From positions 320,001-384,000 of the forward strand of contig OZ223481.1 in assembly GCA_965140785.1 (NCBI GenBank): 64,000 nucleotides of DNA, in the 5' to 3' direction. A program made the position numbers and the translations under genes. Positions 35,258 through 46,321 of the stretch are shown here, in pieces; positions within the stretch are counted from its first letter, which is position 1; every line of letters begins with the position of its first letter. Under the pieces are notes generated by a model that saw only the letters and a list, made by a program, of their open reading frames with translations, did no database searches and was not told the origin of the DNA. The DNA comes from an uncultured Ruficoccus sp. Its GTDB lineage: Bacteria > Verrucomicrobiota > Verrucomicrobiia > Opitutales > Cerasicoccaceae.

Positions 35258-36181
35258 ATGATGGAAACGCTCGACATCAATGGCCACCCGGTCCGCAAAT
35301 GGCAGGTCGGGGCCTCGACTTTTCTCGCTTACCCCGAGGCCGGCGCCCGCCTCATGAACTGGCACCTGACGCTGGCCGACGGCAGTTACCGCGATGTGAT
35401 TCACTGGCCCGAAGATGCCGACCTGGACAACATCGCCCACGCCCGCGGGGGCAATCCCGTGCTCTTCCCCTTCTCGGCCCGGACCTTTGACCGGGGCGAC
35501 ATCGGCTACTGGCGCACCCCCGACGGCGAACGCCGCCCCATGGCCCAGCACGGCTACGCCCGGCAGGGGCGCTTCGAGGTCGTGACCGAGCACGACCACG
35601 GCTTTGCCGCGCAGTTCCTGCCCGATGAGGAGTGCCGCGCCGCCTACCCGTACGACTACACCTTTACCGTGCGCTACCGCTTCGAGCAGCTGGCGTTTTT
35701 CGTGGACTACGAGCTTCAGAATAAAGGCGACAAGCCGCTGCCGTGGTCGGCGGGGCACCATTTTTATTTTTCCCTGCCCTGGCACGAGGGGCTCTCGCGG
35801 CGCGATTACGTGCTGCACGCCCCGGCCAAGAAGGCCTTCCACCAGGACGGCGAGGGCAAGCTCGTGCCGGTCAAGCCCTTCCCGGACGCGGGAGGCTTCG
35901 ACGAGGAGATCCAGGTCGATCTGATCCGCTGCAAGCTCAAGAGCAACGAGGTCCGCTTCGGGCCCCGCGGGGGCGAGGAGGACATCCGCATCCGCATCGG
36001 CGAGCAGAAGGTGCCCGCGCCCTGGACCACGGTGGTGAGCTGGACGATGAACGACGACAGCCCCTTCTACTGCGTGGAGCCGTGGATGGGACCGCCCAAC
36101 AGCCCCGAGACCCAGAAGGGGCTGCATTTCGTCGAGCCGGGCAAGAGCGAAGTCTTCTCCGTCGAGGTCTCGCTGGCCTGA
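35258..36181 (+). CDS. Aldose 1-epimerase / galactose mutarotase family protein
   Basis: RGGNPVLFPF, QHGYAR, GHHFYF, FYCVEPW. Confidence 0.85.
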   Translation: MMETLDINGHPVRKWQVGASTFLAYPEAGARLMNWHLTLADGSYRDVIHWPEDADLDNIAHARGGNPVLFPFSARTFDRGDIGYWRTPDGERRPMAQHGYARQGRFEVVTEHDHGFAAQFLPDEECRAAYPYDYTFTVRYRFEQLAFFVDYELQNKGDKPLPWSAGHHFYFSLPWHEGLSRRDYVLHAPAKKAFHQDGEGKLVPVKPFPDAGGFDEEIQVDLIRCKLKSNEVRFGPRGGEEDIRIRIGEQKVPAPWTTVVSWTMNDDSPFYCVEPWMGPPNSPETQKGLHFVEPGKSEVFSVEVSLA

Positions 36182-36361
36182 GGCCTTCAGCGCGGAGCCG
36201 CCGGGTGGCGCGGCTTGAAGAGGCCGCTTTCTTGAAAAAGGACCCTGCGTCCACAAATGCGGGATTGTCATGGGCCGTGAGGGGGCGCTAGAGTCCGGTT
36301 CAGCCCCGGAACGCTGGTCGTTGGCTGGCGGATGCAGGGGCGGTCCTCGCTTGTTGCCGCC

Positions 36362-38596
36362 ATGAAGAAACTGTTGCTCGTTCTCGTCGTGATCGCCGTG
36401 TTGGCGGTCGTCTTTGTCGCCGGGCGTTTGAGTGCGCCGGATCTGGGATCGGGCTCGCCTGCCCGTTCGGCTTCGGCTGCGCCTCCCTCCGCCCCACAGG
36501 CGGTGGAGCGGGTCGCGGTCACGGTGCGCGAAACGCCCGCCCCCGCCACTGACGGTGAAGTTGTCACCGAAGAAAACGCGCCCGCGAGCACGGCGGAGGC
36601 GCTGCTTGCCGCCACCAAAATGCGCAGCCCCTTCGTGCGCACGCTCAAGCTCCACGCGATCGTGCAGGATGTCCCCCCCGGTGAGATGGCCGGCCTCCTG
36701 CAAAGCCTGGACGAGCACCCGAACAAGCGGGAGAAGGACGACGCGCGCAAGCTGCTGGTACAGCGTTGGGCCGAGCTGGACCCCGCGGCGGCGCTCCAGT
36801 GGTCGCTCAGCCAGCCGGACGAGAATCCCTACACGCAGCCATTCATGGGAAGCGTTTTCGCCACCTGGGCTGCCAGTGATCCCGAAGCGGCCTTGCAGGC
36901 GGCCGCCGGGCTGGGGGAGGAGCGTTTACGGCGCGGGGCGCTTCAGTCCGTGATCAACGCCGTTTCCAAAACGGACTATCGCCGGGCCCATCAGTTGATG
37001 CAGCAGCACGCCGAGATCATGACAAACTCCTGGCGTTATCATTCCATTTTCCGGGAGTGGGGGCGCGAGGATCCGCAGGCGGCGGTCCAGGCAGCCATGG
37101 CGATCAGCAATCCGCAGGAGCGGCACGGGGCCTTGACCGGGGCCTATCAGGGCTGGGCGGCGGACAACCCAGAAGCGGCCTTCCTGGCTGTCCAGCAGAT
37201 GGAGCCGGGGCGCACGCGCAAAAACATGTTCGGCAATATCCTTCAGCAGATTTCGACCAAGGACCCGCAGGCGGCGCTGGAAATGTACGGCCAGCTCTCA
37301 CCGGGCGATGTTCAGAGCTGGACCGTTCAGCAGATATACAGCAACTGGGGCGCCAGCGAACCGCAGTTGGCGATGGAGCATGCCATGCAGAACCTGATAG
37401 CCTCGAACACCCGCAACCAGGCCATTTCCGGCATCATGCAGCGGTGGTACTACGCGAACCGGGAGGAGGCGATGGCGGCGGTGGAGCAGATGGATAATCC
37501 GGTGATAAAAAACAGAATCCTTCAGAGTCTCGTGCAGAATGTGTCCGGCAATGACATCGACCAGGCGTATGACCTGCTCGACATGATGGGGGCGGGTCAG
37601 CAGCGCGATTGGGCTATCCAGAGCCTGGCCCGTCAGCTCGCCGAGGAGGATGTCTCTGTCGCTATCCAGTTCATCAACGACAACGTCTCGGGTAACTCGC
37701 GCAGCAATACGATGAATAATATGATGTTCAATATGATCCACAACGATCCGCAGATCTGCGTCGAAATGATCGGCGCCCTGCCCTACGGGGATCAGCGCGA
37801 AAACATGATTTCCAACTTTGTCTCGCAATGGACGCAGAACGACCCGGAGGCGGCGTTGGAGTGGGCAAGCTCACTGGAGAACGATTACGAGCGCGAGCGC
37901 GCCTTGCAGCAGTACTACGGCAATCTGGCGAACGCCGACCCGATCGCGGTAGCGGAAATGGCGCTAACGATGGACGACGACAAGCTCGCCAACTCGACCC
38001 TGCGCAGCAGTGTGCGCAGTTGGGCTCAGAACGATCCAGAGGGGGCGCTGGCCTGGGCCTCGGCCCTGGCGGACCCGGACCAGCGCAAGAGCGCCCTGGC
38101 CAGTGCGGTCTCCACCTGGGCGCAATCGGAGCCGGTGGCGGCTCTGGAGTGGGTCAACCGCTTGCCCGAGGGCGAGGAGCGCGAGCGCTACGTGCAGCAG
38201 GCGATCAGCCAGATGAGCTGGTCCAGCCCCGCCGATGCGATCGAGTGGATCGACAGCCAGCCCGAGGACGACAAATTCAAGGATACGAAAAAGAATGTGG
38301 TCAACAACTGGCTGCGTAAGGACCTGCCCGCCGCCGCCGCCTATGTGGCCGAGATGCAGCCCGGAGATAACCGGGACGAGGCCATCCGGACCCTGGTCCA
38401 GCAGGTGGATAAATACGAGCCCGCCTACGCGGCGGAGTGGTCGCTGCGGGTCCAGGACGACAAGCAGCGCGGCCAGTTGCTGGGCCGCAGTCTGCGCGAA
38501 TGGGGCAAGAAGGACAAGTTTGCCGCCCGCCAGTTCGTCATCACCCAGGGCTTCCCCGACGACGAGCGCACCAAGTACCTCGACATGCTTAAATGA
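36362..38596 (+). CDS. Membrane-anchored alpha-solenoid repeat protein (W-x-x-x-D-P-x-A-A), paralog 1
   Basis: N-terminal signal/anchor; many ~31-35 aa repeats such as WAELDPAAALQW, WTQNDPEAALEW. Confidence 0.8.
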   Translation: MKKLLLVLVVIAVLAVVFVAGRLSAPDLGSGSPARSASAAPPSAPQAVERVAVTVRETPAPATDGEVVTEENAPASTAEALLAATKMRSPFVRTLKLHAIVQDVPPGEMAGLLQSLDEHPNKREKDDARKLLVQRWAELDPAAALQWSLSQPDENPYTQPFMGSVFATWAASDPEAALQAAAGLGEERLRRGALQSVINAVSKTDYRRAHQLMQQHAEIMTNSWRYHSIFREWGREDPQAAVQAAMAISNPQERHGALTGAYQGWAADNPEAAFLAVQQMEPGRTRKNMFGNILQQISTKDPQAALEMYGQLSPGDVQSWTVQQIYSNWGASEPQLAMEHAMQNLIASNTRNQAISGIMQRWYYANREEAMAAVEQMDNPVIKNRILQSLVQNVSGNDIDQAYDLLDMMGAGQQRDWAIQSLARQLAEEDVSVAIQFINDNVSGNSRSNTMNNMMFNMIHNDPQICVEMIGALPYGDQRENMISNFVSQWTQNDPEAALEWASSLENDYERERALQQYYGNLANADPIAVAEMALTMDDDKLANSTLRSSVRSWAQNDPEGALAWASALADPDQRKSALASAVSTWAQSEPVAALEWVNRLPEGEERERYVQQAISQMSWSSPADAIEWIDSQPEDDKFKDTKKNVVNNWLRKDLPAAAAYVAEMQPGDNRDEAIRTLVQQVDKYEPAYAAEWSLRVQDDKQRGQLLGRSLREWGKKDKFAARQFVITQGFPDDERTKYLDMLK

Positions 38597-38601
38597 AAAC
38601 A

Positions 38602-38769
38602 CTAGGCCACGTGGACAATATAGCTCATGTCGCCCCCGAAGGCGCTTTTAGCCCCGGAATCCATGTCCTCAGCTCGACAATTGGGCAAAATTGCCTCGCT
38701 TCGAAGCCTGAATTTCGGACCAAAAATCGCCTTCGGTTGCTCGTTCCGTATTTTGTCCACGCGGCCTAG
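38602..38769. mobile_element. MITE-like palindromic element with CTAG ends
   Basis: TIR CTAGGCCACGTGGACAA / TTGTCCACGCGGCCTAG (16/17), plus inner arms CCGAAGGCG...CGCCTTCGG. Confidence 0.7.
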
Positions 38770-38877
38770 CCCGGCCTTTTGCGGGCGGGCCTTGCGAGCC
38801 TGGTTCACGTTCCGGGGGATCATCGGGGGCGGGCCGCTGTCAGGGAAGAGCAGACGACATTCCTCCCACCTTTTGCC

Positions 38878-41119
38878 ATGAAAAAACTTCTCCTCGCTCT
38901 CTCCTGTGCCGCCGCCCTGGCCGTGGCTTTCGTCATCGGTCGGCTGAGCGCTCCCGGGGCCTTACCGCCGCCCGAAACTTCCGGCCCCTCACCGTCGCGC
39001 GGCGGTGAGCACTCTCCCGCGCTGGAATCGGGTCCACCCGCCATCGCTGCCGAGAGCGTGGAGGCGGAACTGGCCGCCGACCCGGAGCTGGCGGCCCAGA
39101 TCGAGGCGCGGGAGAGCCTGTTGACCGAGACGGCTTCCGCGGGTTCGCCCTTTGCCCGGACGCAACGGCTGTTCCAACAGGTGCAGGAGACACCGCTGGA
39201 CGAGATTCCGGCGCTCATCACGCGTTTTGAAAATTGCCCGGACCTGCGCGTGCGCAATGAGGTGCAGGGCCTGTTGATCGGTCGCTGGGCTGAGGCCGAC
39301 CCACGCGCCGCGCTCGCCTGGCAGCAGGCCCACCCCAGCCCGGCGGTCACCTATATGGACACGAAGCTGACCACGATTTTTGGCATCTGGGGCGAGACGA
39401 ATCCGCAGGCGGCGATTGACGCGGCCAAAGTGCTGCCTCAGCGCGGGGGCGCGCGCTATTCGGCCCTGCTTGCGGTCATGTACGGGATCCGGGAGAACGA
39501 CAGCCAGCTCGCCCTGCAACTGCTGAAAAGCAACCCGGATGCCTTCAACAGTGACTGGGGCTACTCTGATGTGTTCGCGGCCATGGCGGTCCGGGACGGA
39601 CCGGGGGCCTACCGGCAGGCGCTCGCGTTGGAGGATGACTCGCAGCGGAACAGTGCTTTGACGGGGGTGTTTGCGAGCTGGGCGCAGGCGGACCCGCAGG
39701 GAGCGCTCGCCGGGGCACTGGCCTGTGAAAATCTCTCCATGCGCCACCTGGCGGTCAACCAGGTGCTCCAGCAGATGGCCAACACCGATCCGGTCGCCGC
39801 CCTGAATGTTTACTATGGGCTGGAGGAGAAAGACCGCGACGCGTGGGGAGCGGTCGAGCTGTACGGGGCCTGGGCGGGCAGCGATCCGCAGGCCGCCCTC
39901 GATCATGCGATGGAGCACATGGAGAGCTTTTCGGAGCGGCAGAGCGTGGTGACGAATGTGCTCAATCAATGGTTTCACCCAGGATCCGGTCGCCACGATC
40001 GCTTACCTGGACCGCTTGCCGGACTCGTCCACAAAAACCGATACCTTGCAGCAGCTCGTTTCGGTAGCGGCTTCACAAGGCAAGCTGGAGACGGCCTATG
40101 ACCTGGTGGACAGGATGCCCCTGGGCCAGTCCCGGCGGTGGGCCATCAGCAGCCTGGCCCGGACGATTGCCGAGGACGACCCCGCTGCGGCGGTGGCCTT
40201 TATCGATGCCAATATCGAGGGAGGGGCCCGTCAGCAGGCCTATGGGGATCTGCTGTACCAGTGGTCGCAGGACGACCCGCAAGCCGGACTGAGCCTGCTG
40301 GAGCGCGTTCCCCTTGGCAACACCCGCGAGCACATGATCCACTCCCTCATGAACAACTGGGTGGAGCGGGACGCCGAGGCGGCGCTGGCCTGGGCGCAAT
40401 CACTGGAAAAGCCCTACGAGCGGGAGAGCGCGATGGAGACCTATTGCTGGTGGCTGGCCCGCAAAGACCCGGCGGCGGCCGCCCAGGTGGCGTTGGAGTT
40501 AAACGGGGACTCGCGGCAGAATTCACTCAACCAGGTGCTCAATCAATGGGCACGGCAGGACCCGGGCAAGGCCCTGGCCTGGGCGCAGGGACTCACCGAC
40601 GAGGGGCTTTTTACCGTGGCGGTGGGAAGCGTGCTCAGCGCCTGGAGCAGCGAGAATCCCGCGCAGGCGGCAGCCTGGATCGATGAAAACACTCCCGACC
40701 AGCGCGCGGAGCTCGCCCCAAGCCTGATCTATCAATGGTCCTCGACAGACCCTGAGGGGGCCCTGGCCTGGGTCGAGACCCTGCCCGAAGGCCGCGACCG
40801 CGATAACGCGCAAGCGCAGGCGCTGGGAAACTGGCTGGACAACGACCTGCCGGCGGCGGCGGCTTATATGGCCGAGATGCCACCCGGCGATGCCCGCGAT
40901 TCCGCCATCGACTCGCTGGCGTACGCCGCCGCCCCCTACGAACCCGGCTACGCCGCCGAGTGGGCCCTGCGGGTGAAGGATGAGCATCGACGCGACCAGA
41001 TACTGAGCCGAAGCCTGAGTCACTGGGGCGAGCAGGACAAATTCGCAGCCCGGCAGTTCGTTCTCACTCACGATCTCTCCGACGAGCAGCGCAAGGAATA
41101 CCTCGACATGCTCAAGTAG
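38878..41119 (+). CDS. W-x-x-x-D-P-x-A-A repeat protein, paralog 2 (extra T at 39973-39975)
   Basis: Colinear with paralog 1; same C-terminus (YAAEW...DKFAARQFV...YLDMLK); removing one T gives WFTQDPVA. Confidence 0.8.
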
Positions 41120-41172
41120 GCTCGGCGGGAGCGAGAGAGGCATCCCGGAGACCGGATGGAAAGGTGCCAAAG

Positions 41173-41201
41173 AAAAAGGCCGCGTCTGCAGACACGGCCT
41201 T
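41173..41201 (-). terminator. Probable intrinsic terminator between convergent genes
   Basis: A-run then AAGGCCGCGTCT-GC-AGACACGGCCTT hairpin. Confidence 0.55.
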
Positions 41202-41248
41202 GGGAAAATCTTTTTTAAACGCGGAGCGAGGGAGGGAGCGATCCGGCC

Positions 41249-42229
41249 TTAGTTTGCAGTGGTCTCGCCACTCTCAGCCGGGCTGTCTGTGGACTCGGAG
41301 ACCGGGCTCATCTCGCCCACAACGGGACTGTCGGGTGCTTCGGACTCAGCGACCTCCTCGTCCAGGGCGGCCTGTCCGGTGGAGGCGGAGTTGTCGGTCT
41401 GGGGAGCGGCAGCTTGCGGTTCCGGAGCCTTGTCGGCTTCGGCCTGCGGGGCGGGAGCCGGAGTCGCGCTGGCGGCCAGTTCCGGGACCTGCTGAAGCAT
41501 GCGGTCGGCCTGCGAGCCCCAGGGACCGTCCTTGTCCAGGGCGCTGGTCTGCTCGAAGTAGCGCCGGGCACCGCCGAAGTCTTCGGCGGAGAGGGCGAGA
41601 ATGCCGAGGTTGAAAGTGGCTTCGGCGCGAATGGCCACGAGGGCCTTGGAGTCCCCGCTGAGGCTGGTCAGCAGGCTTTTGCCCTGCTCGGTCTGGCCGG
41701 CCTGGATCTGCGACATGGCCTCGCCCAGACGGGCGCGCCCCTGCACATAGGTCTCGCTGAGCGACTCGGCGGCGGACTTGTAAAGCGGGGCGGCAGCAGT
41801 GTAGTTGCCGTTCTTGTACTGGTTGTCGGCGGACTGGAGCAGGGCGAGCCCGGCCAGCGGCTGGCCCGCGTACTCCTGACCGAAGCTGGTCAGGGCTTCC
41901 GGTGTCTCGGCCTGGCCGTAGGCGGCTTGCATGGACTTGACCGCACTGCTCTGATACATGCGGTAGCCTTCCACCGCGATCACGCCGATGAAAATGGCGA
42001 TGATCAGGTAAATGATCGTGCTCTTGTTTTTGTTCCAGAAGAGCCAGACCTGGTCCTCGATGTCGGCCTCCTTGAAGGCGTCATCGACGTGAACGAGATT
42101 GCGGTCGTCGCCTTGGAGGGCGTCCTTGGCGTGCAGGCGGCGGTCGGCCTCCTCAAGCTCCTTACGCTCGAAGCGCGGATCGTTGAGGAGGTCGTCCTTC
42201 TTCTTATGCTTTTTCGGGGGCCGGTTCAT
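41249..42229 (-). CDS. YfgM-like tetratricopeptide membrane protein
   Basis: FWNKNK followed by TM and TPR-like helices (ARLGEA, AEATFNLG). Confidence 0.7.
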   Translation of the reverse strand: MNRPPKKHKKKDDLLNDPRFERKELEEADRRLHAKDALQGDDRNLVHVDDAFKEADIEDQVWLFWNKNKSTIIYLIIAIFIGVIAVEGYRMYQSSAVKSMQAAYGQAETPEALTSFGQEYAGQPLAGLALLQSADNQYKNGNYTAAAPLYKSAAESLSETYVQGRARLGEAMSQIQAGQTEQGKSLLTSLSGDSKALVAIRAEATFNLGILALSAEDFGGARRYFEQTSALDKDGPWGSQADRMLQQVPELAASATPAPAPQAEADKAPEPQAAAPQTDNSASTGQAALDEEVAESEAPDSPVVGEMSPVSESTDSPAESGETTAN

Positions 42230-42504
42230 GGTATCGGGCAAAGGGGCGCACTCTTGCCGCCTCAGCCGCCCAAGTCAATACCGCAGGACGAGGTCCTGCA
42301 CCTGTGACCAGGGCATTGCCCTGGACCCGTGATCCTGTCGGATCGCTGATGCCTCCGCTAAGGCGGTGGCATGGGCCACGGTGATTGTTGCCAGTTCAAA
42401 TAAATCTCACTCGTCCCACACAGGTAAGATGAGAAATCTGTAGGCCAATCGGTATTGACTGCGAGCGATGGGGCGCAGCCCCATAATTGCTGGTCCAGCC
42501 GGAC

Positions 42505-43356
42505 CTAGTCGAAGACGACGGTCTTGTTGTGGTAGACGAGAATGCGATTCTCCAGGTGCCAGCGGATGGCCTGGGCGAAGACGCTTTTCTCCAGATCGCG
42601 GCCGCGGCGCACGAGGTCGGAGGGGCCGTGGCGGTGGGTGACGCGGGCCACGTCCTGGGCGATGATCGGGCCTTCGTCGAGGTCGGCGGTGGCGTAGTGG
42701 GCGGTCGCGCCGATGAGCTTGACGCCCCGCTCGTAGGCCTGGTGGTAGGGCTTGCCCCCGGCGAAGGCGGGCAGAAAGCTGTGGTGAATGTTGATCACCG
42801 GGCAGCCGACGTTTTTGAGGAAAGATTCGCTCAGGACCTGCATGTAGCGGGCCATGATGACCAGCTCGGCCCCGGCTTCGCGCAGGATTTTTACCTGTTG
42901 GGCCTCGGCTTCGGCCTTGGTCGCAGCGGTGACCGGGACATGGTAAAAGGGCAGGCCGTAGGCGGCGGTGGCTTCAGCCAGCGCGTCGTGGTTGGAGACG
43001 ACGGCGACGATCTCGCCGGGCAATTCCCCGGCCCGGAAGCGCAGGATGATGTCATGGAAGCAGTGCTCGATCTTCGAGACCAGGATGGCGACTTTGGGCC
43101 GGTCAGTGGAGAGGGCGACGCGGGTGTTCATCCCGAGTTCCTTTTCGGCCAGCTCGCGGAAAGCCTGTTGCTCCTCCTCATAGTCCCCGGCGGGGACCCA
43201 CTCCACGCGCTGGAAAAACACCTCGGCCTGGTTGTCGCGGTGCTGGTCGGCGTGGATGATGTTGCCTTTGCGCGCGTAGATCCAGCCCGCGAGGCGGGCC
43301 ACCAGGCCGGGCTGGTCCGGCCCGGAAAGCAGGGCGATGATACTGGGCGGTTTCAT
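42505..43356 (-). CDS. purU: Formyltetrahydrofolate deformylase
   Basis: ACT domain; ARYMQVLS, INIHHSFLPAFAGGKPYHQAYERGVKLIGATAH. Confidence 0.97.
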   Translation of the reverse strand: MKPPSIIALLSGPDQPGLVARLAGWIYARKGNIIHADQHRDNQAEVFFQRVEWVPAGDYEEEQQAFRELAEKELGMNTRVALSTDRPKVAILVSKIEHCFHDIILRFRAGELPGEIVAVVSNHDALAEATAAYGLPFYHVPVTAATKAEAEAQQVKILREAGAELVIMARYMQVLSESFLKNVGCPVINIHHSFLPAFAGGKPYHQAYERGVKLIGATAHYATADLDEGPIIAQDVARVTHRHGPSDLVRRGRDLEKSVFAQAIRWHLENRILVYHNKTVVFD

Positions 43357-43439
43357 GGGAGCCTTTTACCTAAGCCGACTCCGGGCCCGAGGTAAAGCCC
43401 GCGTTTGAGACGGTTTCGTCAAGGCGTCGAAATATCCTA

Positions 43440-43610
43440 TAACCGCTAAGGCGCAAAGAACGAGAAGGCATGGTGCCCAAGCCGGCTCGCTGTTTGAGTG
43501 ACCCAGGTGCGCCGTGGAAGAGATGAATCAAGCTTTCAGTTGAGAAATCGTATGTCCGGGCATCCGATTTATTTCGTGGCTCTTTGCGTCCTTAGCGCCC
43601 TTTGCGGTTA
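43440..43610. repeat. Imperfect intergenic inverted repeat (CGCAAAG-type periodic)
   Basis: TAACCGCTAAGGCGCAAAG ... CTTTGCGTCCTTAGCGCCCTTTGCGGTTA. Confidence 0.55.
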
Positions 43611-43638
43611 ATGACATTCCTGTTCGGACGGACCCAGC

Positions 43639-45390
43639 CTAGGCCGACGTTTCCTCCAAATCCTCCTGAATCACGTCCGCCTGATGGAGCCAGAGGTTGG
43701 CGTAGTGGCCCTGTTCGAGCAGGAGCTCGTCGTGGGTGCCCATCTCGATGATTTTTCCCTTTTCGAGGACGACGATCTTGTCCGCCTTGCGCACGGTGGA
43801 GAGGCGGTGGGCAATGATGAGGACCGTGCGGTCGGCCATCAGGTTGTCCAGCGCGCCCTGGATCTGGCGCTCGGTGATGGTGTCCACCGAGGCGGTGGCC
43901 TCGTCGAGGATGACCAGCGGCGGGTTCTTTAAAAGCACGCGGGCTATGGTCAGGCGCTGCTTCTCGCCCTGGGAGAGGCGGATGCCCTTCTCGCCGATGT
44001 TGGTGTCCATCCCCTCGGGCAGGCGCTGGACGAATTCCCACGCGCTGGCCCCTTCGAGCGCGGCGTGGAGCTGCTCCTCGGTGGCGTCTTCGCGGGCCAA
44101 CAGGAGGTTTTCGCGAACCGAACCCTCAAACAGGAACGGCTCTTGCGCCACGTGGCCGATCTGCCCGTGAACGTCGTGCAGGGAAAGCTCGCGAATGTCC
44201 GTGCCGCTGACGAGGACGGCCCCGGCGGAGGCGTCGTAGGCGCGCATGGCGAGGTTGGCCACGGTGGATTTGCCCGCGCCGGTGTGGCCGACCAGGGCGG
44301 TGACCTGGCCGGGCTCGAGGGTGAGGTTGAAGTCCTCCAGCACGGCGGGACGGCCCGGGTAGCGGAAGTCCACCTTATCGAATTTGACCGCGATGTTGCC
44401 GGTGGGGAAGGGCCGGGGCTCGGGCGGGTCGTCTACCTCGACCTTGGCGTCGATGATCTCAAAGACGCGGTCCCCGGAGGCCTTGCCCGAGGCGAGCATC
44501 TGGTTGAGCATGGTCAGCCGCCACAGGGGCATGTAGAGCATCTGGGCCAGGATGAAAAAGGCGAAAAACTCCCCGATCGAGAAGGCGTTCTCGGTGATCA
44601 TGAGGTAGCCACCGGCGGCGAAGACCGCGACCGTGCCCACGCTGGCCATGAACTGGCTGCCGGGGTTGTAGATCGACCAGTAGAACATGGTCTTGAGCGT
44701 CTTGCGGCGCAGGTCCTGAGCCTGGGCCTCGAAGCGGCGCGACTCGCGCTCCTGCAGGGCGAAGGTCTGGATCATGCGGTTGCCCTGGATGTCCTCGACC
44801 AGGAGGGCGTTGAGGTTGGCGGCGGACTTGCGCACCGCGCTCCAGTGCTTGCGGGAGATTCTCGCGTAGCGGTAGGCCCCCCACAGCACGATGGGCAGGG
44901 GCAGCACCACCCACACCGCCAGAAAGGGCTGCATGAAAAACATCATCACCGTGATGCCGACGACCTGCACGAGTATGGTCGTGCCCTGTTCGGTGCCGTC
45001 GAGCAGGGCGCGTTCGACGTTGTTGACATCGTCCACCACGCGGGAGGCGATTTCGCCGCTTTTGCGCTGATCGTAGAAGGAAACCGGCAGGCGCAGGAGC
45101 TTGGCGTGGATCTCGCGGCGCATGTCCACGAGCACCTTTTGCTCCAGGGCGTTGTTGACCCGGATACGGAAAAAGTTGAACAGCTCCCGCCCGAAAAAAC
45201 AGCCCAGGATGAGCCCCACGCTCAGCCACAGGCTGCGCAGGTCGGCCTCGCTCAGGCCGTTGACGAGCTTCTCGATGGAGCGCGGGATGGCCAGGGTAAA
45301 GGCCACCGAGAGCACGGCGAACAGAATCGTCAGCCAGTACAGCAGCCGGTAGCGGAAAAGATATTGGGCGACACGCCAGATCGTTTTCAT
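43639..45390 (-). CDS. ABC exporter, fused permease/ATPase (MsbA/MdlB-like)
   Basis: 6 TM; GHTGAGKST, LSQGEKQR, ILDEATAS, IAHRLST. Confidence 0.92.
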   Translation of the reverse strand: MKTIWRVAQYLFRYRLLYWLTILFAVLSVAFTLAIPRSIEKLVNGLSEADLRSLWLSVGLILGCFFGRELFNFFRIRVNNALEQKVLVDMRREIHAKLLRLPVSFYDQRKSGEIASRVVDDVNNVERALLDGTEQGTTILVQVVGITVMMFFMQPFLAVWVVLPLPIVLWGAYRYARISRKHWSAVRKSAANLNALLVEDIQGNRMIQTFALQERESRRFEAQAQDLRRKTLKTMFYWSIYNPGSQFMASVGTVAVFAAGGYLMITENAFSIGEFFAFFILAQMLYMPLWRLTMLNQMLASGKASGDRVFEIIDAKVEVDDPPEPRPFPTGNIAVKFDKVDFRYPGRPAVLEDFNLTLEPGQVTALVGHTGAGKSTVANLAMRAYDASAGAVLVSGTDIRELSLHDVHGQIGHVAQEPFLFEGSVRENLLLAREDATEEQLHAALEGASAWEFVQRLPEGMDTNIGEKGIRLSQGEKQRLTIARVLLKNPPLVILDEATASVDTITERQIQGALDNLMADRTVLIIAHRLSTVRKADKIVVLEKGKIIEMGTHDELLLEQGHYANLWLHQADVIQEDLEETSA

Positions 45391-45602
45391 AGAATCTGTC
45401 AACAAAGCAGCTTTTTGCCCATTGTCCAAGCCTAGCTTGGATTATTGAGAATATCTCTCAGGGCGCGTTCTCCCGCCAAGCCCTCCTCGTTTTTCACGTT
45501 TTGGCACACTGTCTTAGGTCTAAAACGGGAAATGGCTTGTCGTGGGATTGATGTTCTGGCTTATTAGTACCACTAACTCCTGAGTAAGTATTTACTTCTG
45601 CT

Positions 45603-46241
45603 ATGGGCATTCGCAAAAAGACGCTTCTCCTCGCGGCCATGGGTGCTGTTTCACTCGTTAGTATAGCTTCCGCATCCATTTCATTGAGCTATTCCATCAC
45701 TGTCCTTTTGCAATCGGGTGAAGACAGCAATGGCTTTGAAGGCTCGACCTGGACCTTGACCTACGGTAGCAGCGATGCGGCCTACGCCTCTGGGGCTGAT
45801 GGGCCGTATATTGATTTTGATTCTGTGACGCTGGCGATTGCGGGAGCCGATAACACGGACGCGAACGGAACTTTTGATATTTCCGAGACGGCTAGCGGGA
45901 CTTTCAGCCTGCTCGCCAACGATGGCACCATGTCCTGGTGGGGATACGATAATACGGAGTCCCCGATTAGTTTCACGATCGCAGATAGTAGCATTGCCTT
46001 CACACAGTTGGGAGGGAACGGGTTCGCTATACCAGTTACCGGCGGAGATCCGGTTAGCCCATCCGACTTCGATGGCATTTATGTGTTCAGTGGGGATGTT
46101 GCCACGATCGTGGTGGGCGATACGGTCTATGGCTACGATGCCGCACTTGTAAATATTGTCCCCGAACCGGCCACGACGGCCGCACTGGGTGGCCTGCTTG
46201 CGTTGGTGACGGCTTGCTGGGCACGGCGACACCGGGCGTAA
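45603..46241 (+). CDS. PEP-CTERM surface protein
   Basis: Signal peptide; C-terminal VPEPATTAALGGLLALVTACWARRHRA. Confidence 0.9.
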   Translation: MGIRKKTLLLAAMGAVSLVSIASASISLSYSITVLLQSGEDSNGFEGSTWTLTYGSSDAAYASGADGPYIDFDSVTLAIAGADNTDANGTFDISETASGTFSLLANDGTMSWWGYDNTESPISFTIADSSIAFTQLGGNGFAIPVTGGDPVSPSDFDGIYVFSGDVATIVVGDTVYGYDAALVNIVPEPATTAALGGLLALVTACWARRHRA

Positions 46242-46321
46242 CTGTTGGACTGGGCTTGTTGTTTATATAGAGCGCGTTTCAGAGGTGGGGTGCGTCTTTT
46301 TGTATTCCACCGTTGTCAACG

